In this document: positions 25,784-36,629 of the stretch, one piece after another
How positions within the stretch are numbered: the first letter of the stretch is position 1
Layout: the number at the start of each line of letters is the position of its first letter
Virus record (IMG/VR): IMGVR_UViG_3300017585_000267
Span: 41,239 to 105,238 of that record
DNA length: 64,000 nucleotides
Origin: a virus
Lineage: Duplodnaviria > Caudoviricetes
Reading direction: 5' to 3' (one strand)
Notes under the pieces: generated by a model
Told to the model about the DNA's origin: nothing
Seen by the model: the letters and a program-made list of their open reading frames with translations, nothing else
Database searches by the model: none
Program-made: the position numbers and the translations under genes

Positions 25784-28700
25784 ATGGAGAAGTTCAACAA
25801 GTGCCAGACCCCGCTTGAGGAGCTGAGGCTGGATACGTATCCCCAGGAGGTCCAGGAGCAGTTCTGGGACTTCCTCGACACGGTTCCCTTCATAAAGTGG
25901 ATGGTGAGCCCTGACAGGCCGCTCATATCGGAGTGTCCAAGGGACGATGAGGGCAAGGTGACGATAGACGTGACTAGGCCCCCGATCCTTGAGAACACCA
26001 AGTTCTTCAGGCAGGCGGCCATTGCGTTTGCCAACAACGGCAAGAGGTACTCAACCCTGAGGCCCAACGCCAATCCCAACAGCGACTTTGGCAGGTGGCT
26101 TCGTGAGGAGCGCCGGAGGGGGTGGGAGGGGCTAATAGACCCGTCCACCGGCATGTGGGTCACCGGTGACATGTATTGGCTTCTCAACTACTGTCCCATA
26201 CACCAGGTGGTGAAGGACAGCAAGGGGATGGCGCTTCGCGTAGTGAACTTCCCCAAGTTCTGGGACGGCCAGTTCCTGATGACCCACTACATGCACCAGG
26301 CGAGGCTTCACGGCCACCATGCCGCCGAACTGGCCAGCCGAGGGAAGGGCAAGGCGCACCCCTACAGCCAGGTCGTCTATACTCCTGATGGTATGAGGAG
26401 GTGGGGCGACATACAGGTCGGGGACCTCCTGTTCGGGGACGACGGCAAGCCGACGAGGGTGACCATGGTTCCCTTTGACGAAGAGGAGGACATCTATACT
26501 GTCACCTTGTCTGACGGCAGATCCCTCAGTTGCACTTCAGGACACCTGTTCAGGGTAAGGGACTGCCTGGAACACTCTTCGGAATGTGTGATTGACCTGT
26601 GGGAGATGATGCACTCAGGCTATACCTACGAGAGTCATGGCGGAACTACCGCCTATCGCTACTCCTTGCCAAACAACGGTGCCGTGGAGTTCAGTCCACA
26701 ATCAGTCCCCATAGACCCCTATTCTTTGGGGCTTCTCTTGGGGGGCGGTCTTTTCTCCATGAGTTCCACGAATACCGTGGAGTTCACTTCGGAGGAGGGG
26801 GACATTGACATATATCAGAAAAGCATACCCTACAGGATTGGTAGTGGGAAGACCCCTTGCAGCCATACTATGGAGATTCCTGGAATCAAGGGCTTCCTAA
26901 AGAAGCATGGCATGTATAGTGAGTTCCCCCAAAGGAGATTCATCCCAAGGGAGTACATGTTCAACTCCTCGGATGTACGGATGGAGGTGCTCAGGGGACT
27001 TATGGATACTTGCGGTATAGTGGACAATGAGGGTGCGCCTACATTTACTACCGCCTCATTGAGATTGGCGGATGATATAAGGTGGCTCTGCCATAGCCTT
27101 GGCTACAGCTCCCTTTTGCCTACAGGGCACCTCGAGTACGAGGGTGGCCCGCTCAGGGCCGGCTACACCGTTGCCATTCTCACCAATGACGCCATATTTC
27201 GGCTGCCTCGGAAACTGAAGGAGCTTGCAGGCTTTCCTTCTGTACATGGCCAGGACGGGAAGGACTGGACGAGCATAGTCGACATAAGGTACAGCCACAG
27301 GGAGAAGGCCAAGTGCGTCATAGTGAACAATGACAGCCACTGCTACCTCATAGGGGACTTCGTGGTCACCCACAACACCTCCCTCGGGGGAGGCATGCTC
27401 AGCCGCAGGTGCATACTGGGGGAATCCCATGACAACAGGAGCGACGTCCAGTGTTGGGTCACGGCGACAGACCGGACGAAGTTGATGGGTGAGAACCAAA
27501 TCCTCTCGATCTTCACCGACAACCTCGACTTCTGCGCGAAGAATACCCAGTTCGCAGGCCACAGGCTAACTTCGTCAAGGCAGGAGATGCTCTGGAAGAT
27601 GGGCTACAAGAAGCCAGGGAGCGACGTGGAGCATGGGTCGAAGAACTCCGTCCAGGGAATCATAACAGGCGTGAACCAAGACAAGCTCAATGGCTCCAGG
27701 GGAGTCCTGTACCTCATTGAGGAGGCCGGCATCTTCAGGGACCTCCTGAGCATGTATACCCTCATACGCCCCTCTGTCGAGCAAGGCGATGACGTGTTCG
27801 GAGAGATAATCCTTTACGGAACCGCCGGTGACGAGCAGTCCGACTTCCAGGACTTCCAGGAGATCATCTACAAGCCCAAGGGCTACAATGTCGAGTCTCT
27901 TCCCAATGTCTTTGACAAGGAGGGGCAGGGCAGCCAGGAGTGCGCGATATTCTACCCGGCCTACCTGAACAGGGACGACGGCTGCATGGATGCCGACGGC
28001 AATTCCGACGTAACCAAGGCCCTGCTCGGGTTGCTGGCGGACAGGTACAGGGTGAAGTACAACTCCTCCGACATAACCGCGATTGCCAAGCGCATCTCCC
28101 AGTACCCCATAACCCCCCAGGAGGCCATTCTCAGGTCCCATCATTCCATATTCCCGATAACGGAGCTCATCGAAAGGCTGAACCAGATAGACAACAACCC
28201 TTCCGAGTACGACGACGTGTACATCGGGGAGCTCCTGGAGGGAACCAGCGGCAAGATGGAGTTCATACCGACCAATGACATCCCGATAAGGGACTTCCCG
28301 ACGAAGGACAACAAGGTGAAGGGCGCATTGGAGATCTTCGAGATGCCCCAGAAGGACGGGCAGGGCGACGTGTTCTCGGAGAGGTACCTGGCAAGCTGCG
28401 ACCCTTACGACGATGACTCGTCTAACACAATGTCCTTGGGGTCCATCTTCGTCCTCGATTCCTGGACCGACAGGCTGGTGGCCGAGTACACCGGAAGGCC
28501 CGAATATGCCGACGATTTCTTTGAGATCGCCCGCAAGCTGTGCTTCTTCTACAATTGCCAGATGATGTACGAGAACAACAAGAAGGGCCTCTTTGCGTAC
28601 TTCAGCAAGAAGAACTGCGTCTACAAGCTGGCGGACACCCCTACGTACCTCAGGGACAAGCAGCTGATAAAGGAGATTGGGTACGGCAACAAGCTGAAGG

Positions 28701-29059
28701 GGATAGCGATGTACGGGAGTGACAAGCCAGGCACCTTGAGGAACTATGGCTATACCCTGATTAAGGAATGGTTGATACAGAAGGTATCCAAGGTAGAGAA
28801 GGATGACCAGGGCAATGACATCGAGACCTCCATCCCAAACCTGTACTTCATCAGGAACAGGGCCTTGCTCAGGGAGCTCATCCTCTGGAACCCCAACATC
28901 AACGTGGACCGCATCATGTCCCTCATGCAGCTCATGCTCTATCGCCAGGAAAAGGTGATACTCTATCAGGGTGACCTCAGCAAGCCCTCAACCAGGGACA
29001 GCTCACAGGACCTCGACAACGACGAGTTCTTCAAGAGGAACTATCCGAAGGGGTTCTGA
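25784..29059 (+). CDS. terL: Terminase large subunit, intein-containing
   Basis: ASRGKGK[intein]TS Walker A, YLIEEAG Walker B, YGTAG, ASCDPYDDD nuclease, YENNKKG, NVDRI. Confidence 0.95.
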   Translation: MEKFNKCQTPLEELRLDTYPQEVQEQFWDFLDTVPFIKWMVSPDRPLISECPRDDEGKVTIDVTRPPILENTKFFRQAAIAFANNGKRYSTLRPNANPNSDFGRWLREERRRGWEGLIDPSTGMWVTGDMYWLLNYCPIHQVVKDSKGMALRVVNFPKFWDGQFLMTHYMHQARLHGHHAAELASRGKGKAHPYSQVVYTPDGMRRWGDIQVGDLLFGDDGKPTRVTMVPFDEEEDIYTVTLSDGRSLSCTSGHLFRVRDCLEHSSECVIDLWEMMHSGYTYESHGGTTAYRYSLPNNGAVEFSPQSVPIDPYSLGLLLGGGLFSMSSTNTVEFTSEEGDIDIYQKSIPYRIGSGKTPCSHTMEIPGIKGFLKKHGMYSEFPQRRFIPREYMFNSSDVRMEVLRGLMDTCGIVDNEGAPTFTTASLRLADDIRWLCHSLGYSSLLPTGHLEYEGGPLRAGYTVAILTNDAIFRLPRKLKELAGFPSVHGQDGKDWTSIVDIRYSHREKAKCVIVNNDSHCYLIGDFVVTHNTSLGGGMLSRRCILGESHDNRSDVQCWVTATDRTKLMGENQILSIFTDNLDFCAKNTQFAGHRLTSSRQEMLWKMGYKKPGSDVEHGSKNSVQGIITGVNQDKLNGSRGVLYLIEEAGIFRDLLSMYTLIRPSVEQGDDVFGEIILYGTAGDEQSDFQDFQEIIYKPKGYNVESLPNVFDKEGQGSQECAIFYPAYLNRDDGCMDADGNSDVTKALLGLLADRYRVKYNSSDITAIAKRISQYPITPQEAILRSHHSIFPITELIERLNQIDNNPSEYDDVYIGELLEGTSGKMEFIPTNDIPIRDFPTKDNKVKGALEIFEMPQKDGQGDVFSERYLASCDPYDDDSSNTMSLGSIFVLDSWTDRLVAEYTGRPEYADDFFEIARKLCFFYNCQMMYENNKKGLFAYFSKKNCVYKLADTPTYLRDKQLIKEIGYGNKLKGIAMYGSDKPGTLRNYGYTLIKEWLIQKVSKVEKDDQGNDIETSIPNLYFIRNRALLRELILWNPNINVDRIMSLMQLMLYRQEKVILYQGDLSKPSTRDSSQDLDNDEFFKRNYPKGF
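26354..27376 (+). mobile_element. Ala1 intein (class 3-like) with degenerate LAGLIDADG domain
   Basis: Starts AHPYSQVVYTPDG, block B CTSGHLF, ends KCVIV...YLIGDFVVTHN followed by Thr+1; 341 aa. Confidence 0.92.
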
Positions 29060-29190
29060 AGGGGTAATAAGTGAAATACATCCTTTAGCTGCGCTTAGTA
29101 ACTATTTTAGGTCCCATAGAAACATCGGACTATTAGTTATTTTTGCATCAAATGAAGAACTTAAGAAGTAGGACTTAAAGAGAAGATAAC

Positions 29191-30375
29191 ATGGAAGAAC
29201 TGAGTTTCGACAACATCTTGGGGGAGAGCCAGATTGAAAATCTGTTCACCTACCAGGATGACGCCCAGGCAAATGGGCAGGAAAGACAGGGGGATCCCGG
29301 GGATGACAGTCCCGAGGAACCCCAAAAACAAGAAGAAGACACTGCTGAGACCATAAATCCCGACGAGCTATTCGTGGATGAAAAGTCAGAGAGCGTAGGT
29401 AGTGGAAAAAGCAATGAAGCCAACAGGGAACAGGAAGATGCCGACCTCCCGGCGAGTGACGGTACTTCTCCAAACAATCGCTTCTACTCTTCCATTGCCA
29501 AAGCTTTGAGGGAGGAAGGCATTTTCCCAGACCTTGATGATGAGCTCATTGAGAAGGCTTCCGGCCCTGAGGAATTCAGGGACTTGGTGGAAGCGCAGAT
29601 TAAGGCAGGACTTGACGAAAGGCAGAGGAGGGTTGACGCGGCGCTCAACAACGGCGTGGAGCCCTCGGACATCAGGAAGTTCGAAGGGACCCTCAAGTAT
29701 CTGTCCTCCATAAAGGAGGCGGATGTCATGGCGGAGACTGAAGATGGCGAAAGGCTCAGGAGGAACCTCATCTACCAGGACTACCTCAACAGGGGGTTCA
29801 CACAGGAAAAGGCCCTCAAGTTCACAGAGAGGACCGTGGAGAACGGAACTGACGTGGAGGATGCCAAGGAAGCCCTTGCCAGCAACAGGGAGTACTTCAA
29901 GGAAGGCTACGACAAGCTTCTCAAGGAGGCCCAGGAAGAGGCTGACAAGGAAAGGGCCGAGAGGGAGGCGAAGGCTGCCAAGGTCAAGGACTCCATTATG
30001 AAGGACAGGGGCTTGTTGGGAGACATTGAGTTGGATGCGAGCTTGAGGAAGAAGGCGTTCGACACAATCTACAAGCCTGTGTACAAGGACCCCGAGACGG
30101 GAGACTACTACACTGAACTTCAGAAGTATGAGCGCGACAACCATGAGGACTTCATGAAGTATGTCGGACTCATCTACACCCTTACCAATGGGTTCAAGGA
30201 CTTTGATGGGTTTACCAAGGGTAAGGTGAAGAAGGAAGTAAAGAAAGGCCTCAGGGAGTTGGAGCACACCCTGAACAGCACGAGGCGGAACGCCAATGGC
30301 AACCTGGCCTTGGTCACAGGGGTGACAGATGACCCAGAGTCATTCATAGGCAAGGGGGTTAAGCTAGATTTCTAG
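29191..30375 (+). CDS. Putative capsid scaffolding protein
   Basis: Acidic helical protein directly upstream of MCP; promoter TATTTTTG at 29138. Confidence 0.7.
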   Translation: MEELSFDNILGESQIENLFTYQDDAQANGQERQGDPGDDSPEEPQKQEEDTAETINPDELFVDEKSESVGSGKSNEANREQEDADLPASDGTSPNNRFYSSIAKALREEGIFPDLDDELIEKASGPEEFRDLVEAQIKAGLDERQRRVDAALNNGVEPSDIRKFEGTLKYLSSIKEADVMAETEDGERLRRNLIYQDYLNRGFTQEKALKFTERTVENGTDVEDAKEALASNREYFKEGYDKLLKEAQEEADKERAEREAKAAKVKDSIMKDRGLLGDIELDASLRKKAFDTIYKPVYKDPETGDYYTELQKYERDNHEDFMKYVGLIYTLTNGFKDFDGFTKGKVKKEVKKGLRELEHTLNSTRRNANGNLALVTGVTDDPESFIGKGVKLDF

Positions 30376-30424
30376 GGGCCTGACAATGATAGAAACCACT
30401 TAACTTTATTTAAATTTAAAAAGT

Positions 30425-31936
30425 ATGGCCGGTAAATTAGGTAAATTTCAGACCCAGACTTTCAGTCACTGGAAAGGCTTGACCAAGGACAACCACCTTG
30501 GCAGCATCTATACTCTCTATCCCCAGAAGGCTACGAACCTCACGGTTCAGCTCCTCGCCTTCTACAGGGGCAAGACCCTGGACACCTTCCTCTCGAAGTT
30601 CCCCACGAAGGAATTTGAGTCGGGCGACGAGTACACATGGGATGTCGTAAGCAGCTCCTCGAGGAACATTCCCCTTGTGGAGGCCCGTACCATTGACGGT
30701 GCGGCCATCTCGGATGAGGTAGTCCTTGGTGCCAATGGCGAGCCGTTCTACCTCGTGTTTGGCGAGGACTGGTTCGCGGATCAGGAGGTGATTGTGGGTG
30801 AGCTCAACGAGGTCTATCCGCTGAGGATTCTTGGCGATGGCCGCAATGAGGGTACCAACACTGTATATAAGGTGGAGCTTATGGGAGGCATCACCTCTGG
30901 CATGCCCGTAGAGGAGCTTGCTGCTGGCAAGAGGTTCTCCGTTGAGTACGCCCCTGTGGAGCGTGAGCTGTCCAGGAAGGCCGGCGACGTTCGCTTCAGC
31001 TCCCCCGTGAGCATGAGGAATGAGTTCACGACGATCCGTATCCAGCACAAGGTCCCGGGATCCATGCTCAACAAGAAGCTCGCCGTGGGCATCCCCGTGA
31101 CGAGGGAGACCAATGGCCGCTACGTGAAGGACACCGTGAACATGTGGATGCACAACGTTCAGTGGGAGCTCGAGAAGCAGTGGGCCGACTACAAGAACAA
31201 CGTGCTCGCCTTTGGCCGCAGCAACCGCAACAAGAACGGCGAGTACCTCAACATCGGCAAGTCCGGTGAGGTCATCCGCATGGGCGCCGGCCTCTACGAG
31301 CAGATGGAGGTTGCCAATACGATGTATTACAACACGTTCTCCCTCAAACTTCTTGAGGAGGCCCTGTATCAGCTCTCCGCCGCCAAGCTCGACTTCGGCG
31401 AGAGGACCTTCATCATCAAGACCGGTGAGAGGGGTGCCATCCAGTTCCACAAGGAAGTCCTCAAGACCGTTAGCGGCTGGGTTGCCTTCCAGCTCAATGG
31501 CGACCAGCTGGGCATCATAAGGAAGACCCAGTCCCCGCTCAGTGAGAACGCTCTCTCGGCTGGCTTCCAGTTCGTGGAGTACCAGGCTCCCAATGGTGTC
31601 AAGGTGAAGATTGACGTGGATCCCTACTATGATGATCCCACCAGGAACAAGCTCCAGCATCCCAATGGTGGTCCTGCCTTCTCCTACAGGTATGACATCT
31701 TCGACATTGGTACGATGGATCAGCCGAACATCTTCAAGTGCGCCATCAAGGATCAGAATGGCGACTTCACTTCCTATGAGTGGGGTCTCCGCAACCCGTT
31801 CACTGGCCAGATGGGCAACCCGAACGCCAGCCATGACGAGGATTCCGCGACCATCCACAAGATGACCACGACTGGTGTGTGCGTCCTTGATCCTACTAGG
31901 ACGATGAGCCTCATCCCTGCAATTCTTCAGGGTTAG
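30425..31936 (+). CDS. Major capsid protein
   Basis: MAGKLGKFQ...HWKGLTKDNHLG...PQKATNL, recalled as close to crAss001 MCP; strong codon bias; terminator at 31949-31975. Confidence 0.93.
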   Translation: MAGKLGKFQTQTFSHWKGLTKDNHLGSIYTLYPQKATNLTVQLLAFYRGKTLDTFLSKFPTKEFESGDEYTWDVVSSSSRNIPLVEARTIDGAAISDEVVLGANGEPFYLVFGEDWFADQEVIVGELNEVYPLRILGDGRNEGTNTVYKVELMGGITSGMPVEELAAGKRFSVEYAPVERELSRKAGDVRFSSPVSMRNEFTTIRIQHKVPGSMLNKKLAVGIPVTRETNGRYVKDTVNMWMHNVQWELEKQWADYKNNVLAFGRSNRNKNGEYLNIGKSGEVIRMGAGLYEQMEVANTMYYNTFSLKLLEEALYQLSAAKLDFGERTFIIKTGERGAIQFHKEVLKTVSGWVAFQLNGDQLGIIRKTQSPLSENALSAGFQFVEYQAPNGVKVKIDVDPYYDDPTRNKLQHPNGGPAFSYRYDIFDIGTMDQPNIFKCAIKDQNGDFTSYEWGLRNPFTGQMGNPNASHDEDSATIHKMTTTGVCVLDPTRTMSLIPAILQG

Positions 31937-32015
31937 TTTATAAGGATAGGGGGAGGAGTTTGACCTCCTCCCCTGATTCCTATTATTATCAAATACAATA
32001 CGGAGAAGTTTAAAA

Positions 32016-33026
32016 ATGGTGAAAAGACAAGTAGTAGAAGAGGGTATCAAGCTGGACGACAGCTTTGACATGCCAATGGAACAGGTCGAACTGGCGAAGG
32101 AAGAACCCAAGGAGACCCGTGTTTCCAAGAGAATGAAGGCCGTGGGTCCTTCGGATGAGGTGGTAAGCTGCCTGAGGAATGAGCGTGTAATCGTGAGGTT
32201 CGTTCCCAAGCCCACCGCCATGGTCCAAAACCCGAAGCATATCCTCTACGGAGGAATGGCCGAGACGGCTACAAGGACCTTTGTGGTTCCCAGGCTCTCT
32301 ACGGGGATGTACAAGAATGTACTTACCGACAACGAGAAGGCTTTCCTGGAGAAGGCGATGGGCCTTGAGTACAACACCCTCTCGGTCTACAAGAAGAACG
32401 ACAACTTTTGGGATGACAGCAACGAGGCAGGTATAGGCAGGGTGGTGCTGCACAAGCAGGACAACTACTTGGATCTCAGCATTCCCGAGGACTACATCAA
32501 GTACAAGATCCTTCTTGCGAACAAGAATGAGATTGCCTCTTCGCTCCAGGAGCTTGAGGACAGGCCCAAGGCGACCTACCAGTTCGTGATCATCTCGGAG
32601 AACGCGGAGGCAAGGATGGCCACATCCAACATGAGCGTGACCATGCAATGCTACAAGGAATATGGAAAGATTGAGGATGACTTCGATACCCTAAGGGTTC
32701 TCATTGAACTCCTCGAAGGAAGGCCGGTATCTCCCAAGGTAAGGCTTGATTTCCTTCAGAGCAAGGTCAATGAGCACATACAGGCGAAGCCCAAGCTGTT
32801 CCTTCAGGCGGTGAAGGATACGCTGCTTCCCACGAAAGTGCTTATAAAGAAGAGCGTGGAGGCAGGGCTCATAGGGACAAGGAACAACCTGTATTACCTG
32901 AAACAGGACGGGTCTCCTCTTTGTGAGATAGGTGAGGAAAGTACCCTCAACAACGCTGCGAGGTACCTTAACGCACCGAAGAGGCAGGAACTGCTGTTCA
33001 TGCTACAGGCAAAGGTAAAGAATTAA
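32016..33026 (+). CDS. Conserved crAss virion protein following MCP
   Basis: LDLSIPEDYIKYKILLAN, KATYQFVI; synteny. Confidence 0.75.
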   Translation: MVKRQVVEEGIKLDDSFDMPMEQVELAKEEPKETRVSKRMKAVGPSDEVVSCLRNERVIVRFVPKPTAMVQNPKHILYGGMAETATRTFVVPRLSTGMYKNVLTDNEKAFLEKAMGLEYNTLSVYKKNDNFWDDSNEAGIGRVVLHKQDNYLDLSIPEDYIKYKILLANKNEIASSLQELEDRPKATYQFVIISENAEARMATSNMSVTMQCYKEYGKIEDDFDTLRVLIELLEGRPVSPKVRLDFLQSKVNEHIQAKPKLFLQAVKDTLLPTKVLIKKSVEAGLIGTRNNLYYLKQDGSPLCEIGEESTLNNAARYLNAPKRQELLFMLQAKVKN

Positions 33027-33040
33027 AACAGGATTGGAAT

Positions 33041-33862
33041 ATGACGGCACAGGAAATGTCAAACAGCTTTGATGTTCTGTACAACAACATTACATCGAAC
33101 CAGGCCCCTGGGATCAACGAGTACGAGAAGAGTGTCTTCTTGACCAAGGCCCAGGATGAGATAGTGAAGAACTATTTCACCGCCTCCAGCAAGGGCAACA
33201 ACCTCCAACAGGGGTTCGATGACTCTGCCAAGAGGCAGGCCGACTTTTCCATGCTGCTCAATTCCAAGGCCCTTGCCGCGATAAGCTCCTCGGAGCTTCC
33301 CTCAAGCTGGAGCGCGATAGACAGCAGGAGCAGGAAGTACTTCTATCCGGATGACGTGTACATCATCATCAACGAGGCCATAGTCACCCAGAGCTCCGGC
33401 AGCGACAGGATCCTCCAGGTGATTCCCCTCAGGTACGACGAGTACACGAGACTTATGTCAAAGCCCTATAAGAGGCCTCTCAAGAACCAAGCTTGGAGGC
33501 TTCTTACAGGTGCCATGACAAGGGGTTCGGTGGATGGGAAGATCGCTGAGGTGATGCTTCCAAACAGCAACCTTACGGTGGCTTCCAATGGATATACCAT
33601 ACGATATATCTCCAGGCCCCTGCCAATCATCCTTACGCCACTTGACGATGAGGGTGTGTCGATAGGTGGCGGATATGTCGGCGGTAACTCCAGCGGGAAG
33701 GCGGTGAAGTCAAGTCCGGTGGGCCCCGCCGAGTGCCAGCTCGACGAGATCCTTCATGAGGACATCCTTCAGAGGGCGGTGGAGCTTGCCAAGATAGCCT
33801 GGACTGCAACTGGCCAGGACAACATACAGGCCGAGATGACCGCCGGTACCAGGAGCGAATAG
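33041..33862 (+). CDS. Tail ring protein paralog 1
   Basis: MTAQEMSNSFD...EYEKSVFLTKAQ...PYKRPLKNQAWRL...CQLDEILHEDILQRAVELA. Confidence 0.8.
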   Translation: MTAQEMSNSFDVLYNNITSNQAPGINEYEKSVFLTKAQDEIVKNYFTASSKGNNLQQGFDDSAKRQADFSMLLNSKALAAISSSELPSSWSAIDSRSRKYFYPDDVYIIINEAIVTQSSGSDRILQVIPLRYDEYTRLMSKPYKRPLKNQAWRLLTGAMTRGSVDGKIAEVMLPNSNLTVASNGYTIRYISRPLPIILTPLDDEGVSIGGGYVGGNSSGKAVKSSPVGPAECQLDEILHEDILQRAVELAKIAWTATGQDNIQAEMTAGTRSE

Positions 33863-33886
33863 TGTGACATCTAACTTATTGAAGAT

Positions 33887-34681
33887 ATGACGGCGCAAGA
33901 AATGTCCAATGAGATGGATACCCTGCTGAATGCCTATTCGCAGAATCCGGACTTCGGCAAGGACACCGACATGAGGGACATAAGGCTCGACGAGTATGAG
34001 AAGAGCGTACTCCTCACCCATGCACAGGAAGCCCTGATCAAGGCCTATTTCCAGAACAACACCGCCAATGACGGCAATGGGTTCGACGACTCCGAAAGGA
34101 GGCAGATGGACTACTCCACCCTCATAACCAACAATGGTCTGGGCTCAGACCCCCTTTCGGATGTGGCCAGCGTCTTTGATGAGGGGGCTCTCGCCTTCGC
34201 CTTCCCCTCGAATGTACTCTTCGTGCTCAACGAGAGGGTGCTGGTGAAGAACGCAGGTGCCACCACCGAGGAATACGTAGTGATTCCAATCAACTACAAC
34301 GACTACGACAGGCTCCAGAGCAAGCCCTACACCAAGCCGCTCAAGAAGCAGGCCTGGAGGATGCTTAACAACGGCACCTACACAGGTGTCACTGGAACCA
34401 GGAAGTTCGTGGAGATAATCCTCAGGGACGAGCTGTCGGACGGGGAGTCGGCAATATATAAGGTCAGGTATGTACGGAGGCCAAGGCCCATCCTCACCGA
34501 GGACTTTACTGGCATGGACCTTAGCTTCGCTGGGGACACCGAGGAGGCTGCGGTCACTGGTCCACAGGACTGTGAGCTTGACCCCATCATGCACAGGGAC
34601 ATAGTGAACGAGGCCGTAAGGCTTGCGATAGCCAGCAGGGGGAGCCAGCCCACGACAACCACCAGGTCAAACAGTCAGTAA
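33887..34681 (+). CDS. Tail ring protein paralog 2
   Basis: Same motifs as 33041-33862. Confidence 0.8.
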   Translation: MTAQEMSNEMDTLLNAYSQNPDFGKDTDMRDIRLDEYEKSVLLTHAQEALIKAYFQNNTANDGNGFDDSERRQMDYSTLITNNGLGSDPLSDVASVFDEGALAFAFPSNVLFVLNERVLVKNAGATTEEYVVIPINYNDYDRLQSKPYTKPLKKQAWRMLNNGTYTGVTGTRKFVEIILRDELSDGESAIYKVRYVRRPRPILTEDFTGMDLSFAGDTEEAAVTGPQDCELDPIMHRDIVNEAVRLAIASRGSQPTTTTRSNSQ

Positions 34682-34693
34682 TCATCTTGGGAC

Positions 34694-35422
34694 ATGACGG
34701 TACAGGAACTTTCAAATGAGTTCGACACTCGGATAGCGGCTTACGTCAACCTCCATAAGTTCGAGGAGAATGAGTCCTTGGACTCCCTGGAGTTTGACGA
34801 CTATGAGAAGTCCGTGTTCCTGACGATGGCCCAGGAAGAGTATGTGCTTGGCCTGTATAACGGGAAGAACAGGTACGGTGAGGGGTTTGAGAATACCGAG
34901 GAGCTTCGTAGGTACCTGGCGCCGCTCATCAAGGAAACCTATCCAGTGCTCACTCCCATAACGGGAGTGTCCAACGTACCGCTGGGAATCTCCTCGAACA
35001 GCAGGTTCTTCACCCTGCCTGAGGACTTGTGGTTCATTACCTATGAGGCTGTGACTATAAGCAACGCGGGGAAGTGCAATGACGGGGCCACCCTGCAAGT
35101 TGTTCCGGTTACCCAGGATGAATACCACAGGGTGAAGGACAATCCCTTCAGGGGTCCCAACAAGCGGCGTGCCTTGAGACTGGACCTCTCTGACGGAGTG
35201 GTTGAGGTGGTCTGCATCTATGACGTGACCGGCTACTATGTGAGGTATCTCAGGAAGCTTTCCCCAATCATACTGATAGACCTCCCAAAAGGCCTTTCGA
35301 TAAGGGAAGTGAGTGCCGCAACCGAGTGCGTCTTTCCTGACACCGTACAGGACAGCATCCTGAACCTTGCCGTGGAGATTGCCACAAGAAGCAAATCAGG
35401 TGGCAAGACTGCGGCATCCTGA
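34694..35422 (+). CDS. Tail ring protein paralog 3
   Basis: DYEKSVFLTMAQ, NPFRGPNKRRALRLD. Confidence 0.8.
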   Translation: MTVQELSNEFDTRIAAYVNLHKFEENESLDSLEFDDYEKSVFLTMAQEEYVLGLYNGKNRYGEGFENTEELRRYLAPLIKETYPVLTPITGVSNVPLGISSNSRFFTLPEDLWFITYEAVTISNAGKCNDGATLQVVPVTQDEYHRVKDNPFRGPNKRRALRLDLSDGVVEVVCIYDVTGYYVRYLRKLSPIILIDLPKGLSIREVSAATECVFPDTVQDSILNLAVEIATRSKSGGKTAAS

Positions 35423-35489
35423 TATATTGGAGGCCCCAAGTTGCCAACAACGGGGGGCTATTGTTAAACTAAATTCTTTATTTTTTAAA

Positions 35490-36464
35490 ATGAACCAAAG
35501 CGTAAACCAAAACAGGCAGCTCTACGTAATGAACAGTTACGCGGCTGTCAGTGAGAGCAGCGCCACTGGAACCATTGAGGTCGACAGCATCGGCGAGGGT
35601 CGCCAGGCTAAGGTTTTCCTTAAGTACAAGGGTGCGGACACTGTTCTCAGGAGTGATTACATTAGCCCCGCCAACATAGCCTATGTAAAGGCCGTGGCGG
35701 CTTCATCCATGGAGCCGAAGCTCAATGTGGTCACCGTGACCCTTGATTCCAACGTCAACGGCGGCGCCCCCGTGGCTGGCCAGGAGTATATGCTCCGCAT
35801 CAGCTTCAAGCAGTTCTTCGGGATGTCTGACTCCGACACCTATGAGAAGCTTGTGTCTGTGACCGCCACTTCAGGGGAGACTGCCGAGCAGCTTTACAAG
35901 GCTCTTGAGACGGCCCTCAACAAGAACTTCTCCAAGGAAGTGGGGGCCACCCCAACCAGCAACCCGTACCTTGAGTTCTCTTCCAGCGCCTCCGGCCTGG
36001 TAATCACCGAGAAGGAGCAGGACTGGAAGAGGGGCAAGATTTCCGCAGAGAGGGTTCTCTTCGACGTCTATGCGGGAACCATCAACACCGGCACCTTGGT
36101 AGCACCTGTTGAGTCCGCCTGGGCAGTGATCACCAAGTCCTCCAGCACCACGACCATCTGCAATGGCAAGGCCATCGCCGACCTTGAGTATTTCGCGATG
36201 GGTGAAAGGGGCGACCAGTACAGGGGCATGGGATTCCCCAACAACATCGACACGACCTACCTCGTGGATGCCTCCAAGCATTACGATGTACTTGAGATTC
36301 ACTATGCCTTCTATGATTCCGGCGTGAACTCCTACAGGAGCGAGAAGGACATCACCATTGTCTGCGACCACGACAATGTAGCCCAGCTTAACTCCCTCAT
36401 CGACGCCTTCGAGACTGCCACCGGCCTCACCATCGATGGCGTATCCACCGCGACCGGGGACTAA
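35490..36464 (+). CDS. Auxiliary capsid/structural protein
   Basis: SVNQNRQLYV, IADLEYFAMGERGDQYRGMG, SEKDITIV; MCP-like codon bias; terminator at 36486-36514. Confidence 0.75.
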   Translation: MNQSVNQNRQLYVMNSYAAVSESSATGTIEVDSIGEGRQAKVFLKYKGADTVLRSDYISPANIAYVKAVAASSMEPKLNVVTVTLDSNVNGGAPVAGQEYMLRISFKQFFGMSDSDTYEKLVSVTATSGETAEQLYKALETALNKNFSKEVGATPTSNPYLEFSSSASGLVITEKEQDWKRGKISAERVLFDVYAGTINTGTLVAPVESAWAVITKSSSTTTICNGKAIADLEYFAMGERGDQYRGMGFPNNIDTTYLVDASKHYDVLEIHYAFYDSGVNSYRSEKDITIVCDHDNVAQLNSLIDAFETATGLTIDGVSTATGD

Positions 36465-36629
36465 TCGTATCTGCATGAAATTCTTGGGGGATGGACCGTT
36501 CCGTCCCCCTTTTTGGTCTCTGTGGTATAAGGGGTTTCGTTAAGTCGGCGAAAATTTCCAGTAATGCCTTCAAAGAAATCCACATAAATTCGTATCTTTG
36601 GTGCAATAATAGGTTTGGTGGAACAGGGT

